A stretch of DNA of 64,000 bases from Neophaeotheca triangularis (Eukaryota): contig BAAIJX010000002.1 of the NCBI GenBank assembly GCA_054600435.1, positions 558,001 through 622,000 of the forward strand. The letters run 5' to 3'. The position numbers were made by a program, and so were the translations under genes. Positions 24,278-36,999 of this stretch are shown here, one piece after another. The notes under the pieces were generated by a model. The model was not told where the DNA came from, ran no database searches, and saw nothing but the letters and a program-made list of their open reading frames with translations. The stretch's first letter is position 1. The number at the start of each line of letters is the position of its first letter.

Positions 24278-24940
24278 TGCGGTAATGGTGGTTCGAGAAG
24301 TGGTGGTGCAGCAGGGGGACGGGAGGCTCGTCTGTTGTTCGGAGTCGGAGTAGCTCCTAGTAGTAGTAGTGTGAAGGAGGTAAGGTAAGGTAGGAGAGTG
24401 CATTGGCCGGCCCCTCCCGTAGTAGGGGCCGTAGTCAGTCATGTCTTCTTCTTCTTGACCGCTCCTTCAACACGACAATCGACTAATAAAATAATATATG
24501 CTAGGTACCTTATGTATGTATGTATGTAGCATGACGACAAGGCCGCACACTCCATATCGCCCAGGCCTCTTCACGTATAGAGATTTCTGTATTTTGTACT
24601 GTGCATTCCATCTATACCATCACCCCCTCAAGGAAGCACCTCCAGCTGTTCGAAGCGCAAGAGGCACGCAGAGAGCGGCAGACGAGTCTTGGCAAGCACG
24701 GGAGCACGCTTCACTACTGGCCTGAATTTCTCTACTACTGCCGACCAGCGCAGCCCTTCACCACACCCCCCAATACGCACGCACACCATTGTTCGCCTCG
24801 TGGGAACAACATACTACAATTAATCCATCTACTTTCTACCACCGCCACCACACCAGTCGTCCACTTTTACTATTACCAGCAAATACTAGCCCGGCTTCAC
24901 ATCCCTCTTCCAGCGACAGCATCAGAGGGGGCTGCCCAGC

Positions 24941-27900
24941 ATGCCTCCTCCACCCCATACCCGCCCTGAGAATGTTCTCAAGAGGGCCCAGGAACTCATC
25001 GGCGTAGGCCAGCAGCAGGCTGCCCTCTCCATCCTCCACGAACATGTCACCTCCAAGCGCACGCGCAACAGCACCATTGCCGCCCTCGAGCCCGTCATGC
25101 TGCTGTTTGTCGAACTTTGCGTCGACCTGAAAAAGGGAAAATCGGCAAAGGATGGTCTCTACAACTACAAGAACACCAGCCAGAACACAAACGTTGCCAC
25201 CATCGAACTGGTCTTCCGCCACTTCATCGATCTCGCTGAGAAGAAGGTTACCGAGGCGCAGGCCAAGGCGGATGAGGTTTCGACCAAGGGCACTGGAGAT
25301 GGCGAGGCTAAGGAGGAAGCTCTCGCCGGCGTGACCGACTTGGAGGCCATGGAGACTCCCGAGTCTATCCTCTTGTCCACCGTGTCCGGCGAGCAATCCA
25401 AGGACAGGACCGACCGCGCCATTGTCACCCCCTGGCTCAAGTTCTTGTGGGAGACCTACCGCACTGTCCTTGACATCTTCAAGAACAACGCCCGCCTTGA
25501 GGTCATGTACCAGACTACTGCGCACCAGGCTTTCCAGTTCTGCCAAAAGTATACGCGCAAGACCGAGTTTCGCCGTCTGTGTGAGCTCTTGCGCAACCAC
25601 TTGCAAAACGCCGCCAAGTACTCGCAACAGGTGCATGCCATCAACCTCAGCGAACCAGACACCCTTCAGCGCCACCTTGACACCCGTTTCTTGCAGCTGA
25701 ACGTCGCTGTTGAGCTAGAGCTGTGGCAGGAGGCCTTCAAGAGTGTCGAGGACACCCACACCCTTCTCACACTATCCAAGAAGCCGGCCAAGAACGTTAT
25801 GATGGCCAACTACTTTGAGAAGCTTACCCGTATCTTCTTGGTGTCTGAAAACTACTTGTTCCACGCTGCCGCGTGGTCGAGGTACTACAATCTCCTCAAC
25901 CTGGCTTCTCGCTCTGTGGCCGCCGGTGCTGCCAAGAAGGACAACCCTACCAACATCAGCGATGCCGATCTCTCCCGCGCAGCGTCGTTTGTGCTTATGT
26001 CGGCCCTCTCGATCCCCGTCATCAGTACCTCGCGCTCGCGTGGTGCTCTCATCGATGTTGACGCTGTCAAGAACACTAAGAATGCTCGTCTCACCAACCT
26101 TCTCGGCATGAACACCCCTCCATCGCGTGCCATCCTCTTCAAAGATGCTCTCAGCAAGGACATCCTCCAGCGCGCTCGCCCTGAGATTCGCAACCTCTAC
26201 AGCATCCTCGAAACCGACTTCCACCCCAAGTCGATTTGCGAGAAGGTTGCACCTATCCTCTCGCAAATCGGTGCGGATGAGGAGATGAAGAGATACGTTC
26301 AGCCTCTGCAGCAGGTCATCCTCACCCGCCTCTTCCAGCAGCTCTCCCAGGTCTACACAGACGTGAAGCTCGAGGATGTGCTCGCCTTGGCTCAATTCCC
26401 AGACCCCTTCCAGGTTACCGCTGCCACCATCGAAAAGTTCATCATGAACGGCTGCAAGAAGGGTGACCTGTCAATTCGCATTGACCACTCCACTGGCGTC
26501 CTCACCTTTGACTCGGATGTGTTCTCGTCTGCAAAGGCCCTCCACCCAGGTTCCGGAGCCGGATCAGCCGAAACCGACGGCCCTGCCGTTCAAAGACTGC
26601 AGTCCACGCCCGCTGAGATTGTGCGCACCCAGCTCACTCGCTTGTCCAAGGCCATGTACATTGCTACGCAATATGTCGACCCGACCTTCAACGAAGATCG
26701 CCAGAAGGCTAAAACGGCCGCCCTTAAGCGTGCCGAGGCCGGCGCAGAGAAGGAACATTCTGAGATCTTGGCTCGCCGCGACATCATCTCAAAGAGGAAG
26801 GAGAACGCTGCCAAACAGGCGGCCGACAAGCAGCGTGAAGAGGACCAGAAGCGCAGGACCAAGCAACAAGAACTCCAGGCCGCGGAGACTGAGCGTCTTG
26901 CCCAAGAGACTAAGGAGCGCGAAGAGCGCCGCATGCAAGCCGAGAGGAAGCGTGTGCAACGTGAGGAAGCCGAAAAGCAACTGAAGGAGTTGAAGCAGGG
27001 CGTCAAAGGTGTGGATGTTTCTGGTCTTGATCTCGACGACCTTGACACTGGCCGCATCCGCCTGCTTAAACTTCAAGCGCTCGAACGCGAGAAGAATGAG
27101 CTGGGCGAGAAGCTACGCATCACCGGAAAGCGCATGGATCATCTCGAGCGTGCTTACCGTAAAGAAGAGATCAAGCTTCTGCCCGAAGACCTCGAAGCTC
27201 AACGTGCGAGGGACAGGGAGGCTTACGAGAAGAGCAAGGCCGAGACGATGCGTAACGCTGAGACGAAGCACAAAGAGGACGTTGCTCTCAAGCACCGCCT
27301 CAGCAGGTTGGTGAAGCCATACGAGGGCTTCAAGCGTGAAATCACCGAGCAACGCCACGCCGACTTCGAGAAGCGCCGCAAGGCTGCCGAGCGTGAGCTC
27401 AACCAGAAGATGGAGCAACGTCGCATCGATGTGCGCAACAGGAAGGCGGAGGAGAAGCGTCGTGCGGAAGAAGAGGCGCGCATGGCTCGCGAGGAAGAAG
27501 AGAGGCAGGCTCGGGAGGCAGAAGAAGCCGAGCGTGCGGCCGCGGACAAGGCTCAGAAGGATGCCGAAGCCAAGGCCGACGCGGAGAGGAGACGCCAAGA
27601 GCGTATGGAGGCTGCTCGCAAGCAAATGGAGCGCGAGGAAGAGGCGGAGAGAAAGCGCAAGGAAAGGAAGGAGCAGGAACGTGGCGGCGCCGGCAGGACT
27701 TTCGAACGCGCCGTGCCCGACCGCACCGCCGCTCCCGAGCCTGCGCGCGAGTCTTCTGGACCTCCGAAGCTCAACCTCGCTGGCAGCAAGCCCACCTGGC
27801 GCGAACGTGAGGCGGCCAAGAAGGCTGGACAACAAGATCCTTCCGAACCCTCCGGCCCTGCCGCTCCCCCTGCCGACAGCCGTGTTGCTACCGAAGAAGC

Positions 27901-28156
27901 TGCATTGCCTAAGCGCAGCGGCTACGTTCCACCTCACCTTCGTGGTGCTGGTGGCGCTGCTCCTAGCGGCGATTCCATGCCCCCTAGGTCGGGGTCGAGG
28001 GATGCTTCGGACCGCTGGCAGCGCAAGCCTCGTGAGGATGGCGAGGAGCGCGCGGACGGCCGTACGCCTCCACCAGCCGCTGGTGGTGCTTACAAGCCTC
28101 CTCAGCGGACTGGCGGTGCAAGCGGCGGCGCTTACAGGCATCCTGGTGCTAGATAA
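24941..28156 (+). CDS. TIF32: Translation initiation factor eIF3 subunit A
   Basis: [27 protein letters not shown] region and charged coiled-coil tail; intronless, 1071 aa. Confidence 0.98.
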   Translation: MPPPPHTRPENVLKRAQELIGVGQQQAALSILHEHVTSKRTRNSTIAALEPVMLLFVELCVDLKKGKSAKDGLYNYKNTSQNTNVATIELVFRHFIDLAEKKVTEAQAKADEVSTKGTGDGEAKEEALAGVTDLEAMETPESILLSTVSGEQSKDRTDRAIVTPWLKFLWETYRTVLDIFKNNARLEVMYQTTAHQAFQFCQKYTRKTEFRRLCELLRNHLQNAAKYSQQVHAINLSEPDTLQRHLDTRFLQLNVAVELELWQEAFKSVEDTHTLLTLSKKPAKNVMMANYFEKLTRIFLVSENYLFHAAAWSRYYNLLNLASRSVAAGAAKKDNPTNISDADLSRAASFVLMSALSIPVISTSRSRGALIDVDAVKNTKNARLTNLLGMNTPPSRAILFKDALSKDILQRARPEIRNLYSILETDFHPKSICEKVAPILSQIGADEEMKRYVQPLQQVILTRLFQQLSQVYTDVKLEDVLALAQFPDPFQVTAATIEKFIMNGCKKGDLSIRIDHSTGVLTFDSDVFSSAKALHPGSGAGSAETDGPAVQRLQSTPAEIVRTQLTRLSKAMYIATQYVDPTFNEDRQKAKTAALKRAEAGAEKEHSEILARRDIISKRKENAAKQAADKQREEDQKRRTKQQELQAAETERLAQETKEREERRMQAERKRVQREEAEKQLKELKQGVKGVDVSGLDLDDLDTGRIRLLKLQALEREKNELGEKLRITGKRMDHLERAYRKEEIKLLPEDLEAQRARDREAYEKSKAETMRNAETKHKEDVALKHRLSRLVKPYEGFKREITEQRHADFEKRRKAAERELNQKMEQRRIDVRNRKAEEKRRAEEEARMAREEEERQAREAEEAERAAADKAQKDAEAKADAERRRQERMEAARKQMEREEEAERKRKERKEQERGGAGRTFERAVPDRTAAPEPARESSGPPKLNLAGSKPTWREREAAKKAGQQDPSEPSGPAAPPADSRVATEEAALPKRSGYVPPHLRGAGGAAPSGDSMPPRSGSRDASDRWQRKPREDGEERADGRTPPPAAGGAYKPPQRTGGASGGAYRHPGAR

Positions 28157-28905
28157 AGAGGGAACATGGAGAGGAGAGACATCGGGTTTCGGAAAAGTCA
28201 CTTCTGCGATAACCAAGGAAAGGGAAAGATCGTTTTCTGCACGCTGGGGTCTGCGCATTGCTGGTAGGAGGTGGCTCTTGCCGAGGCGCGCTCGTGAGGG
28301 TTTTCCTCCTCTTGGCGTTCGATGGTATGTCTACATAGGCTTTTGACCATCTTCGAGATTTAATTGCATTGCCGGTTCCATTTCGTTCCACAGCCTGCCT
28401 GCTATCAGAAGTGGCACCTATATGCATCGTTCGTGTTTTGAAGCCATGTCCACCTCTGCACCTCCGCACCTCGTATGGCCTCGAGCAAGCGGCGGCAGCT
28501 CAACACCGGACAAGGTCAGCCATCATTCGTGCAAATGTTTCCCCGTTGCCGAGAGCGGCGTCGTGTTGGAGACCCCGCCTAAATGCTCCACCTGCACGTA
28601 GCTCTCTCTCTCTCTCTTTAACCGCAGCAAAGACCGACGCACCTCTTCACCCCGTCGACCAGGACAGGACACTAACGTACTGGAGTTGGCAGATTGCTCA
28701 AGCACAAGTACTTATAGCAGTAGGTCGAGCTTCTGCAGAAGTCAACATCCTCCACATAAGTATACTTACTACTCAACCAAACAACCACAACCACAACCAC
28801 ACTTCTCTCCCTTCCTTTCCCTTTCTCTCCTCTCCTCGTTCCAATTCCTCTTCTCTCAAGTATTCAACTCCCAGGCTTCTACGACGAGCCACACGCCCGC
28901 CCGCC

Positions 28906-31069
28906 ATGGAGTCAACCGCGCGAATCGCAGAAACCAACGGCACCGCACCGCCACACCCTTGGTCCAAAAACCCCATGAAGACACGACAAGACGTCGTAGA
29001 CGCTTGCGCCTCGCTGCTCGACCCCCTCGAGGCCGGCTTCTCGCCAGACTGCGCTCTCGTCAGAGTCGGAGCGAGCGGGACACGCTGTAAGCAGCCTTTC
29101 CCACCCAGCATCGTCCAGCTACAATTTAAACAAAGCAAGAATTCTAATTAAACTCCCCGTGGCCTCAAGTCGACGAAACAGCCGCGCAAATCGAAGGCTA
29201 CGCGCGCCCGCTCTGGGGCCTCGCACCCCTCCTCGCCGGCGGCTCATCGTACAAAAACGCGCACCTCTGGATCCGCGGCATGGTAGCCGGCACGAACCCC
29301 TCCGGTCCGGAATTCTGGGGCAACATGCAAGACCTAGACCAGCGCATGGTGGAGTCGTGCCCGATCGGTTTCACGCTCGCAATCGCGGGAAAGCACTTCT
29401 GGGACCCGCTGACGGCCGAGGAGAAGGGCAATGTGGCGGCTTGGATTGGGAGTATGAATGATAGGGAGATGCCGAATACGAATTGGCTTTGGTTTCGCGT
29501 TTTTGCGAATTTGGGGTTGAGGGCGAATGGTGCAGAGTATTCGCATGAGAGGATCGAGGCTGATATGGATCAGCTGGATACTTTCTATCGCGGGGACGGG
29601 TGGTCGAGTGAGTTTTTTTAATCGAGAGATATGCCCTCACGAGCATTTGCTGACTTACCTTTTTTATTTGTTTTTTAGATGATGGTCCTGCAGGCTACAC
29701 GCAAATGGACTACTACTCCGGCAGCTACGCAATCCAATATCTGCAACTGCTATACGTCAAACTCGCCGACGCCTTCGACCCAAAACGCTGCGAGGAATAC
29801 CGACGTCGCGCGCGCACCTTTGCCCTCGACTTCGCCCACTACATGGCACCGGATGGCCACCTAATCCCCTTCGGCCGCAGTCTCACCTACCGTTTCGCCA
29901 CCAACGGCTTCTGGTCAGCGCTCGCCTTCGCAGACGTCGAGCCCCCAGCACCCCTAACCTGGGGAACAGTCAAAGGCTTCCTGCTCCGCAATCTCCGGTG
30001 GTGGAGCCAGCAGCCTCACATCTTCCAGCCCAACGGCATGCTCAACATCGGCTACACGTACCCCAACTACTACCTCGCGGAAAACTACAACTCGCCCGGC
30101 TCGCCATACTGGTGCATGCTGTCCTTCGCCTGCCTCGCCCTGCCCGCCACGCACCCCTTTTGGACAACTCCCGAAGCCCCGCACCCCTTCACCCTCACCC
30201 CCTCCCCACTACCCCTAATCAAACCCCTCCCCATACCCCTCCACATCACAATCCACAGCGGCGGCCACACCTTCCTCCTCTCCTCAGGCCAACAATGCCA
30301 CTATCCCCTCAAAGCCACCCAAGCCAAATACGGCCACTTCGCCTACAGCTCCGCCTTCGGCTACTCCGTGCCCACAGGCGGCTACACACTGGAACAGCAC
30401 GTGCCGGAATCCGCCCTAGCCCTCAGCGACGACGGCGGCGAGATGTGGAAGCTCCGCCGCGTGTCGACCGAAGCCCGCATTCTGACGGACAAGCCCCAGA
30501 CGGGACCGGTGCTGTACAGCGTCATGAAACCGTGGGCCGATGTCCAAGTGGCGACGTGGTTGCTGCCGCCGACGGCGCAAGCGCCCAATTGGCATGTCCG
30601 CGTCCATCGCGTGACTGCCGGACGCGATTTACTGGCCGCCGAAGGCGGGTTCGCAATCTATGGCATGAACTCGGTAAATGGAAGAGCGTTGACGGCGCTC
30701 GCGGACGCTCCCTCCTCGTCCACGGCAGCGAAAGGGAAGGACATTGAAGGCACGTTCGCCGAGTCCGCTTCCGCGGTCGTTGTCTCTCGCGCGGGCGCCA
30801 GCGGGGTCCGTGAAGCTAGTTTAGCGGTCGAGAAGAATGGTCGGAAAGGCGAGATCTGCAACGTCGATGCCAATAGTAACTTGATGGAGTCTCGTACACT
30901 GTTGCCGACTTTGTATAATGAGTTTAAAAAAGGCACGACTACGTGGTTAGTGGCAGGCGTTTTTGCGATGCCCAATTCGGTTGATGGATGGAAGGGGAAA
31001 TGGAGCGACGAGTGGGAGAGGGGGTTTCAGTTGCCGGAGTGGGTTGAGGAGATGGTGAAAGGTGGTTAG
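28906..31069 (+). CDS. DUF2264 domain protein
   Basis: [36 protein letters not shown] and [11 protein letters not shown] motifs. Exons 28906-29086, 29170-29607, 29679-31069. Confidence 0.92.
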
Positions 31070-32602
31070 GAGTAGGAAGGTCTGAAGTTGGAAAGTTTTG
31101 ACGCGCGTGTGATACGCTACATAGGCTATTGTGTCTAATCTTTTCTTCGGCTGGTAGGAGGCAACGATCTTCTCGCTTACTGGCCATAGTTCACAATAAG
31201 GCAGAGACATAGAGTTCCCCAATGAAGTAGACCGCTTGAAGACGGTGCAAGGTTGACAAAAGCATTCCAATAAGCAACGTTTTCGATTGCAGGGAAAACC
31301 GCTGTGAAAGCAGGATAACGGAAGTTTTACGTGCTGAAAGCAATCCTTCTTACCGCAAAGAGCAATCCCAAACCCACTGCTGGCAGCCCTCTGCTCAGTG
31401 TCCACGTTTCAATCGTTTCGACATCTTGAGAGGGCAATCTGTCCACTCGAGAATAAACGGCCAGATCTACGAGCTATACCCACAAGAAGGCTTGTTGCTC
31501 CTCTGTGTGAGAGATTTAGCTATGTGAGCAACGAAAGCCGCGATGGCTCGTTGTCCTGACGCTTCACTCGCCGCTAAATGGACAAGTCGGCCCGGCAACG
31601 CTATAAAGAAGCCTCTCGTGGTCCAAGTCAGACCAACTTCAGAGCACTTTCTGCGCGCTACATTTCGGCTGTATCGGTGACACCAAGAACGCAGTATCGA
31701 AAATGTTGCAAAGCCAAGCCTCTTGACGCCTGGATCGTGCCGCTGAAATTGCTAGCCAAAAGCGGTGTGTCTGTGATGAGAATGATAGTACAGAGGGCCA
31801 ATCGGGGCGATCGAAAAGATGGAAACGGGAAGGTAGGGCCTATACATATCAAGTTAGCGATATGCAAGGAGGGAAGCTAAAGGGATAACAGGGTCATCTT
31901 AGCTGGTGAGGCATCCTCAGAATCAACAAATAACTGGGCTCCATAAGTCTGGCGAAAGAAGTGGAAGAAGTCCTCGGGTTAGTTGTTGTAGCGAGCGATG
32001 ACCAGCTAAGTCTACCCAGAATATCTTGGCGATGTTGTACAGGGGGGCGCGTGCGTTGCTGTACAAGAATGCAGGAACGCGTGGCGAGGGTGTCACCAGA
32101 TGAAGCGGGGTGTATATAAATGCTGCTTTGTGCTGTGTGTTCTTGCGGGCACGGCGATTTTTGACGGCGGCGAGACGGTGAAGAGTGAACTTGTTTACCG
32201 GCATACTGACGCACTTCGAGTGCATGTTGCAAGTCGAGTCGAACTGTTTTACTGGAAGGGCGCACAAGGAAACGTTTTGTCCATTCTGATTGAATCCGAA
32301 AGACCGAAGCAAGGCACGAAGTAGCTTGCAAGATGTTGGCAAGCCCCAGTAGAAGCGACAGCCGAGACGCCATCGTAAGCCCCGCCGAGCCTCGCCGAAA
32401 ACCCATAATAGTCGCTGCTCGTGCCCATGATGATGTAGTATTACAGGTATGAAAGTGCTGATGGCCGTATCCGCCTACAGCGCAAGACGCAGTCTCTTCA
32501 GACTGATCATGCTGTAGCTTCCGACCGATTCTGTCCCTCCGAGAAAAGCAATCTCATGCTTGGCATGTTAGTGCAACTGGCGGGAGCCTTACCCATCGAA
32601 GC

Positions 32603-33982
32603 TTAATCGTAGCCGCGAGGGGCACGATCGTAGGAGCGCGGTGGAGGAGCGTCGCCAGCCGCAACAGGGTCAGCACCGTAGGCAGCACGGGGAGGAGGGG
32701 CGTCACCACGCCTGTCGTAGCCACCATAGCCGCCACCACGACGGTCGTAGCGGTCACCACCACGGTCACCACCACGGTCGCCACCACGGTCGCCACCACG
32801 GTCACCTCCAGCGTAGCGGTCAACCCTTGGCTGGTAGGAATCGTCGCGACGTCCACCGTAGCCGCGGTCGTCGTAGCGGTCACGGTAGCCACCGCCCCGG
32901 CCTCCACGGTAATCGTCGCCGCGCCTGCCGTAGCCACGGTCCTATGAAAGATGTTAGCGTGCGTGCGTAACGTGATGATGTTTAGGTAGGGGTACGTACG
33001 TCGTAGCGGTCACGGAAGCCGCCTCCGTAGCCACCACGGCGGGGAGCGTCGTCTAGACGGGATGTTAGCGTAGTCAGTATGCAGACAAAGGCAATTGTCT
33101 GAATTGGGGTAGCCTAGAGAGTACATACCACGCTTTGGTGGGCCGAAGTACTTTCCGGGGGTGGGAGTGCGAGGTTTGGCACGACGGGCCTTCTCGATGC
33201 TCAGCGTGCGGCCCTCGTAGACCTCGCCTTGGAGAGCGTCCTTGGCAGCGTCCGCAGTCTCTGAAGTCACCATCTTGACAAAACCGAAGCCACGCGACTC
33301 GCGGGTGTGTGGGTCGCGCATGATGTTGCACTTCTCGACCTCACCGTACTTCTCGAAGAGACGGCTGACCTCGTCTTCAGTGAGGCGGGGGTGGATGCCG
33401 GTGACGAAGAGGTTGGAGCCAGGGTTGACTGAGACGTCCTCGGAGTCGTTGCGGTCGGGGGGCGGGCCACTAAAGGGCGATCGTTAGTGAAATGAAGCAG
33501 AACAAATCAAGTATGTGGGCAGCAACTTACCGGTCGTCGCGAGCGTCACGCCTACCACGCCCATTCATCGGCTCATCACGGATCCTGGCGTCACCGTCAC
33601 GGTCTAGGTCGCGGTCTCCGTTCGCAGGGGAACGAGAACGCTCGCGGTCGTAGCCACGGTCACGCTCGCGCTCATCTGTCATGAACTCCGGTGTTAGCAT
33701 TCCTGAGTCACGCAACTCCCACAAAGATGAGTTCTTCAAGAATTGCGACTTGGATGAAGTTGCGGTATTGCAGAGAGTGGTATCGTCGCGGTCGTTGAGA
33801 CCAGCGGCGTCGTGATTGAGCGTACCCAGCCCAGATCCATAGATATTGTAGCGTGGCTGGCGCTGTTGAATGCTGCCACAGCCGTAGTCGCCGTTGGAAT
33901 AGGAGACGTTGGAGTTGTCGGCGTAGGTGCGCATACCTTCGTAACCGCGGTGCTCGCTGTCGTACGTGTCCATGTCGGCCAT
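32603..33982 (-). CDS. TRA2/SR-like RNA-binding protein (single RRM, RS and DRGG/YDR repeats)
   Basis: NPGSNLFVTGI, RESRGFGFV and RARPRTPTPG-type motifs. Exons 33982-33937, 33675-33531, 33469-33129, 33052-33000, 32941-32603. Confidence 0.9.
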
Positions 33983-34487
33983 GGTGCGCGCGCGTGTTGC
34001 TGGGGGGCTGGTGTTCGAAAGGATGAAGGAGCGTGCAATAGAGGACAGGCAAGAAAGGAGTGATGAAGCGACACAACACGTGAGTGGAGTGTGCAGTTGG
34101 TGGTATTGGTGAGGATGGAGAGAGGAGTGGGAGGAAAAGGTGAAGTTGACGTTGTTGGTGGTGAGGCGGAAGCCACGAAGTTTTGGCAGTCGCAGCAAGT
34201 CGCCCGTTGTCCGTTGTCCGTCGCCCTTGCCTTGCGCGCTGCAAACGGGGTCTCGCGCTAGTGAAGCACAATCGATGCGTGTATGCCTGAATTCCGAGGC
34301 CACTCAAAAAGTTCAAAGTTCGCGACTTTACTAGCTCCCTCACCTTCACATGCCGCTTGCTTCTTAGGTAGCCCTTCACTCTCACCTTGTCCAGCAAACA
34401 CACACGCCAACGCGACTGTCCACCGTCGCCTTCAGCTTCTGTGAGCACACAAGACTAACCCCCCCAATCACCCGTCTATCTGCAAAC

Positions 34488-35184
34488 ATGTCCGACTACG
34501 GTGGAGGCGACGATGAGCCCATGGGCGACTACGGCGCGGGAGAGTACGTGCATCAAAGCCTTCACCAATCGCGCATGTCGCATGCGTGCAAACGTCTAGC
34601 GACTAGCTAACAGACATTATAGGGACTTTGACGACAATCTCGTAAACGAAGAAGACCTTGTCGAGCAGCAGGATGATTTGGATGAGGACGGAGCTGATGG
34701 CCAGACCCAGACTCAGGCGCAAGAGCCAGACTCTACCGACTACAACGCTGTCACCTCAGGCGACGCTGCCGCTGCCGCTGCCGCTGAGAACGCTCGCCAG
34801 CTCAACACGGTCAAGGGTATCAAGTCCAAGAAGATTGCTCCCGAGAAGAGGACCACCACGCCTTACATGACAAAGTATGAGCGCGCACGTGTGTTGGGTA
34901 CCAGGGCTTTGCAGATCAGGTGAGCAATGCTTCTCGCTATACGTGAAGGATAATGCCCACATGCTGACGTTACATTAGCATGAACGCGCCTGTTCTCGTC
35001 GACGTCGAAGGAGAGACCGACCCTCTGCAAATCGCCATCAAGGAGCTTCGCGAGAAGAAGTTGCCCCTTGTGGTCCGCCGCTACCTGCCCGATGGCTGGT
35101 AAGTCTTTGTCTTCGCGCATTAGAAAACTTGCGCTAATAACAATCGACAGGTACGAGGACTGGACCTGCGAAGAGCTACTGTGA
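34488..35184 (+). CDS. RPB6: RNA polymerase I/II/III shared subunit RPABC2
   Basis: [28 protein letters not shown] and [12 protein letters not shown] motifs. Exons 34488-34543, 34623-34919, 34979-35098, 35151-35184. Confidence 0.97.
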
Positions 35185-36005
35185 GGACCTTACAGGATTA
35201 TTAGCTCAAACAAGCTTCTCTCGCTCAACCTTTCTTGACTCGCGCTAAGACCTGGAACCATAGTCAAGACTCTTACGGCATCAGACTGCTGAGTCTCCGC
35301 CCCTATCAAGGAACCATGTCGGATGCCAGGGAGGTGATCTGAAGGCGTTGAGGATTGAGCATCTTCTCGGCATGAACATGAACACGAACACAGGAGAGGA
35401 CGGAGTATCGGGGAGTTCAAGGAGTTCATACATTCGATCACGCCTCACGGTATGTACAAGCAGCAAGCTGTCAAACAACAACATCGAGCTAATAGATGTG
35501 TGACTCGTAGGTCTGATCGTACAACGTGAATGCAACAAGATACCCAAAGCGCCAAAAGGCAGGCTGCAAGCAACAACGAATGAATAGGCAATAGCAGTAT
35601 ACTACTAGTTAGCTGGTAGTAGTTAGTATGCGAGTACTTATGCTATACTTGACCACAAACCTCAAAGTCCGCAAGAATAATGGCTCCACGTGCCCCACGG
35701 CTGTAGAAGTCGTGAGCAGTAGTACTGTACCTACAGTATAGCCTAAGAATGCCGGGTTTTCCTTCCTCTTTTGTGCCTCCAATTCCACCCGCATCCCAGT
35801 CGAATGCCTGCCCCACCATACGTCAAGCTACAGTACTTACCTTACCTTCCAAGGTATACCTTACCTTCGTTCCTCCTACAAGAAGGACCCCTCCCCTCCC
35901 CGACATTGTTGCCATTGACATCCTTTTTCCTCCCACTTTCCTTGCTCTTCCCATTTCTCGCCTTGTACCCATTTTCTCTTCCCCTTTGCCATTCCAACCA
36001 CAACC

Positions 36006-36860
36006 ATGTCTTTTGAAACCACCGCGACCATTGCCAGCTTTGGCGGCAAGCTGCTCAAGCTGGCTCACCAGTCCAAGTCCACAAACACTCAGATGAAGCT
36101 GAACCTCTGGCTTCCTCCCAACGCCTCGACCTCCTCCCCCGTCCCCATCCTCTTCTACCTCGCCGGCCTCACCTGCACCGGCGACAACTGCGCCGAGAAG
36201 GGCTTCTTCCAAGCCCGCGCCGCCCACCACAACATCGCCGTCGTCTACCCGGACACCTCCCCACGCGGCCTGAACATTGCCGGCGAAGACGACAGCTACG
36301 ATTTCGGCAGCGGCGCCGGCTTCTACGTCGACGCAACCCGTGACCCTTGGAGCAAGGGCTACAAAATGTACTCGTACATCACCAAGGAGCTGCCCGAAGC
36401 CCTCACCTCCTCGTTCAAAGAGCTCGATGGCAAGCGCATGAGCATCACGGGCCACTCTATGGGCGGCCACGGCGCCCTGACTCTTTTCCTTAAGAATCCC
36501 GGCCTGTACAAGAGCACGTCGGCGTTCGCGCCCATCTGCAACCCCAGCAACTGCCCATGGGGCGAGAAGGCGTTCAAAGGCTACTTCGGCGAGGACGCCA
36601 AGGACAAGTGGGCTGCTCACGACGCTACTGAGTTGTTGAAGAACTACGACGGGCAGACGGATATTCTCATCGACGTAGGCACTGGCGACAACTTCTATAA
36701 GCAGGGCCAGCTGCTGCCGGAGAACTTCGAGAAGGTTGCGCAGGACAAGGGCAAGAAGGTGGACGTCAGGTACAGGGATGGCTACGACCACAGCTACTTC
36801 TTCATCAGCACTTTTGCTGCCGATCATGTCGACCATGCTGCCAAGTATCTTTGCAAGTAG
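36006..36860 (+). CDS. S-formylglutathione hydrolase (esterase D)
   Basis: GLTCT, YDFGSGAGFY, GHSMGGHGA nucleophile elbow and GYDHSYFF motifs. Confidence 0.96.
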   Translation: MSFETTATIASFGGKLLKLAHQSKSTNTQMKLNLWLPPNASTSSPVPILFYLAGLTCTGDNCAEKGFFQARAAHHNIAVVYPDTSPRGLNIAGEDDSYDFGSGAGFYVDATRDPWSKGYKMYSYITKELPEALTSSFKELDGKRMSITGHSMGGHGALTLFLKNPGLYKSTSAFAPICNPSNCPWGEKAFKGYFGEDAKDKWAAHDATELLKNYDGQTDILIDVGTGDNFYKQGQLLPENFEKVAQDKGKKVDVRYRDGYDHSYFFISTFAADHVDHAAKYLCK

Positions 36861-36999
36861 TGAGTTTCGACTTTCACGCGCGGGCGGCGGCAGTGGGATA
36901 GATGTGCTGACGAGGCTAGGAAGCGAGCCCAGCCCTAAGAGGCAGAAGCTATGAAGGCTACGAAATGTACATAGAACGGAAAATAAAATTAAAAAAGCT

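Noticed and set aside
24836..28346. Long antisense and alternate-frame ORFs over eIF3a (also over the hydrolase, LOS1 and pectate lyase)
   Set aside because: Expected shadows of strong codon bias.
32730..32805. 12-nt tandem repeat CCACCACGGTCR
   Set aside because: Encodes the DRGG repeats of the RRM protein; it has no spacers and is not CRISPR-like.
35190..35600. Possible snoRNA downstream of RPB6
   Set aside because: No convincing paired C/D or H/ACA boxes or guide sequence could be identified.
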